This document shows, one piece after another, positions 37,901-49,127 of a DNA stretch of 64,000 nucleotides; within the stretch, counting starts at the first letter, position 1, and each line of letters opens with the position of its first letter. Source of the DNA: Chlorokybus atmophyticus. Its lineage: Eukaryota; Plantae; Mesostigma and Chlorokybus algae. The translations under genes were made by a program, and so were the position numbers. The notes beneath the pieces were generated by a model. The model searched no databases and was not told where the DNA came from. It saw only the letters and a program-made list of their open reading frames with translations. The stretch covers positions 68,145-132,144 of the forward strand of contig RHPI01002161.1 of NCBI GenBank assembly GCA_009103225.1. Direction: 5' to 3'.

Positions 37901-40900
37901 TGACGGTGCGGTTAGAGCAGCCTCTGTTTCAATCACAGCCGGTACTTGCTGCAGAAATGAAGACCTGTCTTGGGCAACGGAAGTTGACCCACCAAGCGCG
38001 CCCACATAAGCATCAGCAACATCAGTTCCAATTGCAGGAACACCGGAAATCCCAGACACTGGGAGCGTCATGGGGGGAGCTTCCGATATGGGTGGCGTGG
38101 TAGCTGATACTGGCACTGCAACATCCGCATTTACGGGGCCAGATGTTGGAGGCGCAAAGGCAATAGACGGTTCTGGCGTAGTGGCTACATTGACATCAGA
38201 TGCATGAAGACTAAAATCAGTTGATGGGAAGATGGATCGAACATCTGGAGGCGGCGCTTGGCTGAGACCGGTAGGAACAGTGCTGTTGTTAAAGCCTTCT
38301 GTTGCGGTGTGCACACTACTGGCAGTGTCAATTGGTACATCTGTAGCCATTGCGCCCCCAAAACCTGCTTCACTTGAGGCCGGAACTGCATTGACCCCTT
38401 CTGCAACAGAAGATGCCGCTGCGTGAAAATTTGGCTTGTGTCCTTCAGGATACATGCTACCAGCCTCCAGCGCATCGGCCTTGGCAGCTTCTTCTGTGCG
38501 GATGACTGGAAGCTGAGCTTCCAGGCTTTGCGCATCAGAGGTGCTCGCAGGCAGGCTTGTTGAAGGTACACCTCCACCAGTCAGAGCGGTGGGTACCAAA
38601 GCCTTGGCTCTGTCCACCAAGCTCGGGCCCTCTGCTTGTTCGGAGCCAGTGAATGGCAAAGCACTTTTTACTCTCTCTGTGAGAGTGGGACCTTCTGAGG
38701 AAGTAAGTGACTCGGGGAGCATGCTTTTCACCTTTTCACTTACTGTGGGATACTCTGTCAGGCCCTTGGAGTCCAGCAACTGTCCTACACCTTCAGCTGG
38801 CGAGGTAGCTGACTGTTGTTCGGCGACAGAGTCTGCACTCACTCCGGCTGGTTCTGGCAACAGATCAGGTGCAGCGGAGGGTTGAGTAGGTTCAACCAGT
38901 CTGTCTGTTTCGAATGCACTCGGTGGTGCATCACCGGCAACTGGGCTGCTGCCACTAACAAATGCTGGCAAGAGACTTCTTGCCTTGTTAACAAGCCCAG
39001 TGGTCTGAGACTGTGCCTGGTCCACAAGGCTTGCACCTGTACTCGACTGTCCAAAGCCAAAAGATGGTACTGCACTCTTGACTTGCTCCGTCAAACTGGG
39101 GCCTTCCGTAGAGGTCAAAGACTCTGGCAGCATACTCTTCACCTTTTCACCAGCTGTGGGGTACTCTGTCAGTCCCTTAGAGTCCAGCAGCTCACCAACA
39201 CCCGCAGTAGGCTGTCCTGGTGCACTGATCTCCTCAGATGGTATCGAATATTTGACTTGGTCAGTCAAACTGGGGCCTTCTGTGGAAGTCAACGACTCAG
39301 GAAGCACACTCTTCACCTGTTGCCCGACTCGATCAGTCAAACTGGGGCCTTCTGTGGAGGTCAACGACTCAGGAAGCACGCTCTTCACCTGTTCACCGAC
39401 CTTGTCGGTCAAACTGGGGCCTTCTGTGGAGGTCAAAGACTCAGGAAGCATGCTCTTCACCTTTTCGCCAACCGTGGGGTACTCTGTCAGCCCCTTCGAG
39501 TCCAGCAGCTGACCGACACCTTCAATAGGCGGTTGTGCTGCACTCACCTCCTCTGCACTTAGTGCAAATGGTGCTGTGAATTGTTGCTGCATATCCTGCA
39601 CAGCATCCCCGCTCGTCAAGCTGCCTGTATCGAGAGCGCTGGTTTGGGATGCAGTGCTATCCGCTGGAGTGGTGGACGCAGCAGAGGATGGCAGAAGGGC
39701 CTTAGCCTGATCTACTAGACCACTAGGGGCGACCAAGCCCTTAGACTCAAACAAGGCCGGGATGCTGCTGGAATGTTCCTGATCGGCCACGATGCTGCTG
39801 CTGCTTGCTTGTAGTGCATTGCCGCCTGGGACTGCGCCACCCAGGGCGAGAGAGGTTGGAAGCAGGCTCTTAACCTTATCAACCAGGCTGCTCGGCGCTG
39901 TGGCACCCTCTGACTCCAACGTGCTCTCTGGTGAAGAATCTGCTACTGCACCACCAGCTGCATCTGTACCAGCAGCTGGCAGGTCTGTAGCAGAGGTGTC
40001 GACTGCCTGGCTGTCAGAAGGCACGTCTTTCAACGGGGCCTCAGCTGATGACGCGGATTGATCTGTGCTTGTGCTTGTCTGCAGTACATTGACAGCTGGA
40101 GTACCGGACAAATGCAGGAGGCCCTTCACCGTGTTAATGATTCCACTAGGCGCCACCAAACCTTTTGACTCAAACAGAGCGGGAACATCACCTTCTGAAG
40201 GTCCAAGGTTCAGTGCAGAAGGGTCAGCCAGCGCACTGGTTGGCTTGTCAGCTGGGCCAGCAGCGATGCCTGTGATTGCAGCTGCAGGAGAGGTTGGATC
40301 CGTCACTTCGTCAAGAAGAGAGGGAGCTTCTGTTATGATGGGGGCAGGTTCTGAAGGCTGTGGCTGGTTGCCACCCAATGCCACAGGCCACGCGCTCCTT
40401 GCTTTGTCCAGCAAGCTAGGCTCCTCACCAATAAGAAGTACGGACTCCGCCCGTTCCATCACTGGAACGCCAGCAGAGGTATCCAGAGGCTGATCGCTGC
40501 CTTGGGCTCCCAAGCTTGCCGCGCTCGGTGTATCCACATCAGTCTCCAACAGTGGCATCGACTGCGTTTCCGCTAGTGGAACAGGGGTTTCCTCTGGTAG
40601 CAAAGACTGTGGGCCTATGGACATGCTTTCATCCACCGAAGATTCTGTTCCATGAGATGTTGGCAACAGACTCCTCACAGTGTCCATTGCGCTAGAACCC
40701 AGCTGTTTAGCACTTGAAGCGGTGTCTGTTGAGCCTGAAGGATATCCTCCCAGCGACGATGGCAAAACCTGCTTGACACTCTCCATCAGGCCTGCAGACT
40801 CTGTTTGGCCTTCACCGGAGCTGGTGATGGATGCCGGCAATGAACTCTTAATGCTGTCAACAACGCCATAAGTCTGGCCTTCTGCCGGCGCCTGGTTTGA

Positions 40901-42668
40901 GCCAGTTAAAGACGCTGGCATAGCGCTTTTGATGCTGTCAACAAAGCTGGAAGTCTGCCCTTCTGCTGGTGCTTGACTGGCGCCAGACAGCGATGGGACC
41001 AAGCTTGACGCACGCTCCATCACAGATGGCCCCGTGGAGGACTCTTGAGGGGCAGGAGACCCGGAGCCGGTGAGGGATGCAGGCAGTACGCTCTTTAAGC
41101 TGTCAACAATGCCATAGGTCTGCCCTTGTGCCAGCGCCTGGTTTGAACCAGTTAAGGATGTTGGCAAGGCGCTTTTGATGCTGTCAACAAAGCTGGATGT
41201 CTGCCCTTCTGCTGGCGCTTGCCCGGTGCCAGGTAGAGACGGAACCATGTTTGATGCACGCTCCATCAACAATGGATCTGTAGAGGACGCTTGAGGAGCA
41301 GAAGATCCGCCAAGGGATGCAGGCAGTATGCTTTTCACGTTATCCACCAAGCTCGACTGAGTTGCGCCGGCCGTGACATCTACATCTTGTGCCATAGATG
41401 TGTCGAGGGAATCACTTGGGTTATCAGGCAAAGGGGAATACGGCACTGACGCAGCAATGCCAGGCGTGAGTGTGGTTGCACTTGATATTGTGTCCTCGGT
41501 GCCCGCAAGCGCATCTGAATGTGGCAGTGTGCTTTCTGACACAGTTTGTGCCTCACTGCTCGAGCTGAACGACCCAAGGCGCTCTATGTAAAGTGCTTGC
41601 AGCTCGGCGCTTTCTGATGGACTGAGCGTTGTGGGCAGCAATGGCTGAACCTGCTCACAAGCCAAGAATCAGGACTGACTGTCCCATATGAACAAATGTT
41701 TGTGAAGCGGTACAAAATGCAACTTGAAGGCACAGTGTATGCGACAGCACGCACTGAGGACAAAACTCAACAACTGCCGACTCACAAATCAGATAGGGCG
41801 TGTGCAAGATTCACATAGTCACTGAATGGACTGTGGAGACAAGGCACTGAACTCACGTTGGTACAACAATTATTGATGTGATTGTTGCTGAGGTTAATTA
41901 ATGTGAAGTTGCTGCAAAGCTTACCTCATCAACCTTCGGCGCTGCTATCAGCACGGCCTGCTCTGGCGCGGCATCCCTAGTTATCTGTCCGCTTGCAGCG
42001 TCCTGACAAGCCGCGAGCATGACTTTAAACACATATAACAAAGGTCTGCTCTATACCAAAATCCGGCGGTGCTGAACTGGCTGGTCAGTTCATAGCGTTG
42101 CACTCAAGCTGGCAAAAGTGGCTTTCCGGGCAACGAACCGGAGCGAACAATAACCAGGGCAACAGAACGCCACAGAGAGTATTTCTCAACAAGATGGATC
42201 TGGTACAGCTGTCCCGTGTGACAATATTCGCAGTAGGAAATGCAGACGCTTGACCATACAGCCGCAAGAACTAACCAATGCCTGCCATTTCCTCACCACG
42301 ACAAGGGCAGGTTCCTCTGAAGCTTGTGAAACCATTGGTGACATTGAGCGCATGCCTTCCGGCGTAGCGAAGCCACTGCCGCTGTCGTCCGCACCAGTAC
42401 CCACCTGAGCAGACACGCAACTGTCAACGTTAGGCACGCAAGCAACCATTCCAACCCCCTTTCGGAAGGAAAACACCGTGGGTAGTATACAATGATAATA
42501 CCGTGATAATAAACTGTGTGCATGCATGCGCCTAACCTGCGTGGTATCTTCATCTGTCATGTTCGCCTGAGCGTCGTCAAACTGGGCATCGTCTGCCTGA
42601 GCATCATCGCCTACTACCGGTGGGGCCTCGCCAGCCAGTCCGGCCGGCGTGCCCTGTTTATTGCCCAT
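34952..42668 (-). CDS. Giant (~2,257 aa) S/A/P/T/G-rich, probably disordered repeat protein
   Basis: Exons 42668-42537, 42404-42297, 42002-41925, 41650-35582 (6,069 bp), 35509-35372 and 35200-34952, all with GT-AG phase-0 junctions and no stops. Begins MGNKQG (context GCCATGG) and ends KKRGGFFAACCGGGATAAAHQ*. Confidence 0.85.
39250..39470 (-). repeat. Coding tandem repeat, 75-bp (25-aa) unit
   Basis: Unit 'VKSVLPESLTSTEGPSLTD.VG.Q'. The DNA motif 'gtcaaactggggccttctgtgga' recurs at 75-bp spacing, with dispersed copies near 38690 and 39090. Confidence 0.85.
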
Positions 42669-43526
42669 GGCCTGGACTGACTGCAGCCACCGGCAAACAG
42701 TGTGAGTCAGTGTGTATAAAACCCCCCCATGCACATCTTGATGAGGGCATGCATGTAGCTTGGCTGGCAAAACTTCGGCGGTATTTGCTATCGCTAAAGC
42801 TGAATGACAAGCATGCACGGAAGAAGTAACACAAAGGACATACAGTGCGCTCCTCCGATGGTGCAACAACGCTTGACCAAGCACTCCGAAGAACCAAAGC
42901 TGCGCAAGCCAACAGCAAGCAGCGACAGGAGCACATACATTAGCAGCTGTGCTCAGCAACGGCTATCGTAGCCAGGCGAACGGCGGCAAAACCACCATCA
43001 GTTTCGCAAGTTATGCAAGCTGTTCTATATGACCAGCCCAGCTGCAAAGCTTCACCTTTCGCTACTGCGCACCCGCTCAACCAAGCTTCTTGGCATGAGT
43101 ACAACTACAAGCTAGCATGAGTAGCGGCAGGCACCTGGCCGTCAGCCCGGGTGAGTGGGTCTCCGGGCGTATCCGTCGCTGCGTCTTTTAGGCGCGCAGG
43201 TAGAAGAGTCCTTTAGCAGCCCGTCCGGACCAGCGGCCTGCCCCTCACGCACAAGGACGGCCAAGACAATGCTGTCGCCGTCGCCACTAGGCCTATGACA
43301 GGACACGCAGTTGAGTTGCAATCAAGCGAAGCGGAGTCGCTTCAAGACAGAAGATGACAACGAGCGGATTTTTTCGCTCGTCGGTTCGACACACGTGTAC
43401 ATCGACGGTGATACACGATAGTCTATCATCGTCGATAGAGTGTTTAAGGGGCAAGTTACCCGTTGGCAACGGGAATCAGTGGGCAACGTGGGGGATCTCT
43501 CTCTCTCTCACTCTGTTGCATGCGAG

Positions 43527-43561
43527 GTGCAAATTACCTGTATTATACAGGTAATTTGCAC
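43527..43561. repeat. Perfect palindrome (17-bp arms, 1-nt centre)
   Basis: gtgcaaattacctgtat-t-atacaggtaatttgcac. Confidence 0.95.
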
Positions 43562-45594
43562 TGAACTCAGGACATGCAGGCTGTATGTCATGAGTTTTCA
43601 TCTTACAACACACTAGCATGCTTCACATCCGTGTAACCTTAACCTACCACATACTGGACCACAATAAGCCAGATCTTATGCGCTTGTACATGGGCGGAAA
43701 TCGATGGCCCGATTGAGACTCACATAATACTTGTGTCTGTGCCAGCTACGTTGCACGCAAATGTGCGGATACAAGTGCGCGAACATGAAGACCAATTGGC
43801 ATTTTGAGGGACGAATAACTTTCCCTGCAGCAGGCACATTTTCAAACAATTTCAATGAGGAAAGGAGAAAAAATACGCGGGGCGATTAGATGAGCATGGT
43901 GATGGTTCCTTCAAAAGTCGGAATTTTGATTATTCAACTTTTTACTTCGCCGTTTACAAGCCCCAACTTTCACTGTTGCCCCCTAATGAAGACCTTATAT
44001 GTCTTAAATTCGGCTTTTGGCCTTCATGCGAACATAACAAAAATTGTCAACTGTTGTGGTATCGTTTGATGTTCATACAATAAGTTAGCGCATAAACTGT
44101 GTGCACGACACGCATATAAGTTCATGCATCGCAAGTCGAACGTCGTAACAAGCTAATAATCGTATCTAATAAAGTATAAAAGCAACACATACTACAATGG
44201 GTTGTACTATTATTGTTACATTAAGATGTATACATGCTGCATAAGCTAATAAGATGTTGCTAATGCAATGTCACATGCAAACTCACACAAGAACACACAG
44301 TAACACACTCAGCGGCAAGTATGCTATGTGCATGCTGTTGGATAGTTGCATGCAAGGAGTTGTATATGTTGACATTAATGACAGTAAAATGCATGCAATG
44401 TTAATACTGTGTAAAGTTACAAGCTTTGCAACATGTATACAGTCTAACCCGGCTATAAGAATACTACTTGCCACTCAATTTCAAACTTATGATAGGGGTA
44501 TTCTATTGATTGTTATAAAACCGCATAGTCTTGAAGCGCATGTAAGCACATATTGTGATAATGATAATATGGGAAAAATTAGACAATCATAACATACTTA
44601 TATCTCATGCACTTGATACCACGTGCATAATACAAGATATGTGTAGCCTATATACATATCATGTCATTGTTTTCTCTCGTCGTGAGTATAATAAAGCGGG
44701 AGTTGACATATAATTCAATATTACCCCTCGCGGTTAAGACTATTCTTGAGCCCATAGCTGTTTATTAGTGCGGACATCGTTCTTGAGATTCTAATCTCGT
44801 GATGAGGTTAATCGGCAAATATGATACTAGCGGGGGTAGACTGCACCACATTTGTCAAGCTTTGACATCGCGAGCGGCAGTGCGGCATGAGCACAATAAG
44901 TAAAAAGATAACTAAACAGTATATATGGGCTTTCCCATGGCTTCATTGCAGCAAAGTACACCAAGCACATCACACTACATGCACACTCACAGACATCAGG
45001 ATCTGCACGAAACACAACCTTAACTATATATGGAAGGGGTAGGGGCAAGGACTATATATGTGCACTGCTTGAGTGCATGCAATGTGGCGTAGGGGAGGCG
45101 GGGAAGCAAGTGAGCAAAGCAGTATGGGCAAGCATGCAGACCTGTAGCAACAGCGCAGACCATATATATTACATGCATCAAAGTTACAACTGCAAATGGC
45201 ACGCGCAAAATTATGCGTACTTTCCAAATAATCAGACTTGAGCATGCAAAAGGTAAGCGCGCATTGCATTCTTAAAGTTGCATGTTACTCATTCACTCAC
45301 TTAAATTGTAGCTGGCTGACATTTTCTTGACGTTTTTCTTTTCATTAATCTGTAGCACTTATAATTAGATGTCATTGCTACTAACCACTATACACTAACA
45401 CTACCAGCATACATTTCAGACTACACGCAACTTCTATGTAGAGTTGAAGAACAAGAGCATTATCAGCTGTATGTATAACAAAGAATTGCATCATGACATG
45501 AATCACAGTAGGCACTACATATGGCAATGATAAAGAATGAGGAAACAACTCAGAAATGTCATGCAGTTGTTGTACATACGAGAACTGCAATGTG

Positions 45595-45880
45595 AGGGAG
45601 TGTATTGGATATGTGAAATGCTGTAGGCCACACGCATGCAACATAAATCCACGGTAACACATCGTTACCACTACACAAGGCTTCACATTGTTCACGACCG
45701 CCACGTGAGGAAGTATACAGGATATGTAAAGTGCTGTTTGGCACATGCATGCAACATAAATCCACAGCAACACTACATCATTACCTATATACAAGGCTTC
45801 ACATTGTTTACCACCGGGCCCACCACTACTTCTACACTACACTATCACTACCGCCCAGCCCCATGAGACATGCATGCATG
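45595..45880 (+). repeat. Two tandem copies of the short dispersed repeat also seen at 34141-34300
   Basis: 'ggatatgtgaaatgctg...gcatgcaacataaatccac...acaaggcttcacattgtt' occurs twice about 113 bp apart. Confidence 0.75.
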
Positions 45881-46328
45881 TATTAGTGACAGGTCCCTGC
45901 ACCACAGCTGCTTGTCAGCAGCCCACTCCTACAGTGCAGCACAAGAAAAATATGGCTCTGCGCGAAAGTTGCATCAACCCCTGACTAGCAGCATGTTAGA
46001 GTATGACACACCAAATTGCCTACTGGAAAAGAATACTTGTGATCGAGCACAACCGCGACAACATGTCCTAAACTGCATCTGCGCCAATCAGCGCTTGCAT
46101 CTGTACAGAAAATGCGAGAGGGGTATGTACAGAAAATGCGCAACACGTATGTGTGAAGAACCCAACAAATTGGACACATGTTTACAGCAATCACGTGGGG
46201 TAACTTCGGCTAATGAGAGCACCTGGTCCGGCAGCTTGCAACGCTGTAGACAGAGCTCAAGTTGCCGCATGGATTACATTGCTAACCCCTTCCCAAAAAG
46301 TTTGTTATCTACAAGGTTCGATCTCAAC

Positions 46329-49127
46329 TCATGCAGGAACTAGAGATTGCTGCAAACCCTCCTTGATGGTAAAAACCTTGTCCAGCACTTCCTCAATGGC
46401 CTGCCAGAAAACCAGACTGAACCGACAGACATGGACAACACAGTTATGCGGCTGCAAGTGGAAGGCACGCATGCAGTGGCTGTGCAAACAACAGGCGCAA
46501 ACGGAAATGCCTAAGCAGACCCATGGCGCGTACTTTGTCTGGAGTTGATGCGCCAGATGTGATGCCAATGGTGACAGGTCCTTGTGGAAGCCAGTCGGCT
46601 GTCTCCACAAGCTCGCCATGCTGCGAAACAATCCGACATCATGACAAGTGCAACTGCTCAAGTGTCAACCACAGTGTGGCTAGCGCAATAGTAATTGAAA
46701 ACAATAACAACGCACCATTAGCAAGTGCTGGATGTGGTTGCCCGGGCCCACGCGCGAAGCACCATCAATCCAATAGGATGGGATCTTCTTGTCCTCAGCA
46801 ATTTCCTAGGAGAAAGTGGTCAGCCAATCCGACATATACTTTCTGAGCGCAGAAACAAGCACACGCCAACCTGTAGGTGGGAAGTGTTGGATGAGTTGAA
46901 CCCTCCAATGACCAGCATCAGGTCCAGGTCATCCTCAACAAGTTCGTACATCGCATCTTGTCGTTCCTGTGATGACGAGGGTCAGGCTGCAATGTGTTGT
47001 GTGCGTACACCAACAGCAAGCCATGCCTATTGCAGCTGCTACATCACCTGAGTAGCATCGCAGATCGTGTTGAAGCTCATGAAATGTTCATTGAGCTCAA
47101 CTGGGCCATACTTGTCTATCATAGTCTTCTCAAGCATCTTGCCTGTGGTACACCATACATTAATCCTTTTCACATTACTTATCCCAACATCTATAGATGC
47201 CATGCATGTCATAACCACGCAATTGCCTGCACATGCTGGCGATTGCAAGAAATGACAAGCACCGGCGCTTTGCATAATGACTCACCAATTGTCTCTGTTT
47301 CTCCCTTCAACATGGTCGTCTGATTTGCAATGCCAACCCTCTCTAAGTGCACATCCGGGTCGAACCCTTCTGAGATCGCTTTTGAAAATTTCTGCAGCAG
47401 CCCAAAGCGCATCAGCATCTGAAAAAGGAAACCAACGGCTGCCCAATGCAGTCGCCAAAACCTGTCAAGTCATGCCTGCAAAAACTCCTCCTTTGTGCCG
47501 CTTGAGCCATTCAGCTTTCCACCCAGAATGTAGTCACAGACATACTCCGTCTGCAACGGCGGTTTTAGAGAGGTGCACAAAAGCAGTAACCGTAACAACA
47601 TGCGGTAGATGTACTGCACCTCAGCAATATTTTTGACGATGAGGTAATCGCCTGCAAATGAAGCAGTCGCAACGGTCTCCTCATGAGCATACTTGCCATG
47701 AATGACAGACGTGTACGTCTTCTTCTTGTGCTTTTCAACTGTATTCCAAACCTGGTGCAAGCATACGACACAGCTGACTTCTTCAACCTCGTACATGACT
47801 TTGTTCACATTCAATTGCAATCTGCATTGTATGACAACCTCAATGCAGGATCTTGCAAGTCATATAATCAAGAAAGAATCACCACTAAGCATTGTTCAAC
47901 CGCACAGGGCATTCACAACTTCAGTGCACTTCAATAGCTGAATAGCTACTATGCGTCTCGGCAAAACTGAGCAGCTTTGCTGGCTTACCTTCGAAACCCA
48001 GGGACAGGTCGTGTCCACTATCTGCACACCCTTTTCATTGAGCGTCTGCATTTCTTGCATGCTAGCACCAAAGGCTGGCAATATCACCACGTTCCCATCG
48101 CCAACAACTTGAAAATCCTTGACACCCGAGTCCACTGGGATGTACTTGACTCCCATGTCTTGTATCCTCTGTTGGACAATTTCGCTGAGCAACCTGCTAA
48201 CTTAAAAACCAGCTCCTTGACACTAAGTTGACATCTTCATAATAAATACTTGCGGGACCCAATGCTTGTAGTTGTACGAGACACGTACTTTGTTCACGTC
48301 TGGGTTGTGAATAATCTCGTTGGTGATCCAGATCTGCTCTGTGGGAAAGTGCTTTCGGGCCTCGTAAGCAATCTGCACAGCCCGCTCCACACCCCAGCAG
48401 AACCCGTATGCCTTTGCCAGCTTGATCGTCACGTCGCCGACCGTCAGCACCATGTTGTTGTCTTTCAACATCTGCACCATGCTGCCTGTGCACGACTTGA
48501 ACTGGTGAGTGGATTGGCTGGCAAAAACAAGTGGCGAATGCGAATAGTTGCATGGGTGTCAAGTATGCAAAAAGAACCGCATGCAAAAGCTGAGGACTGC
48601 GCAAGCTGCTGAGAGGCCTGCTGACTGGTGGCAACATGTGCAAAACAGTACAACGGGTGAACAGCATTTCCTCTGGCTGCCCTGCCGGCACACCTGTAGT
48701 GCTGCTGAAAAGATATGCAAAAAACATGCGCAATGTGCTTAAGCAAGAAATTGTGCATGTTTGCTAATATGTGTTGAAGATGCTCCATAATCCTGTGACA
48801 CTTACTTTGGTACTCAGAGCCCATCATCTCCAGGATCTCCTTCTTGTACCCGAACCCTTGCCTATTATAGGTGCCGCTCTTGTTAAGCGACCGCCTAAAC
48901 GCCTTGGTGTCAACCCTCTCTGCGGCAGCAACACCTCCATCCTCGCCTGCGGCAGAGGAGGAGGGAGCCGCACACCTGACAGGGGCCACCCCAGCCCCAA
49001 CTACGGCGGGCCGCGCCGCCGGCCGCCTCCTCAGCGACTGCGCATCCGCTCCACACAGAGCTGCAAGCTGCCCAGAGGTGGCCGCAGCCCTCCCCACCGA
49101 CACTACCGCCGCCGCCGCCGCCGCCAT
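46329..49127 (-). CDS. ispH: 4-hydroxy-3-methylbut-2-enyl diphosphate reductase (HDR/IspH), plastid
   Basis: Transit peptide, then '[18 protein letters not shown]', 'NEIIHNP', 'ILPAFGA', '[10 protein letters not shown]', '[10 protein letters not shown]', 'ANQTTM', '[11 protein letters not shown]', 'GGFNSSNT' and '[10 protein letters not shown]'. Confidence 0.97.

Noticed and set aside
35582-41650. Giant repeat protein as a pyrenoid Rubisco linker (EPYC1-like)
   Set aside because: The spliced N-terminus is MGNKQG followed by acidic residues, not a transit peptide, so it is probably cytosolic.
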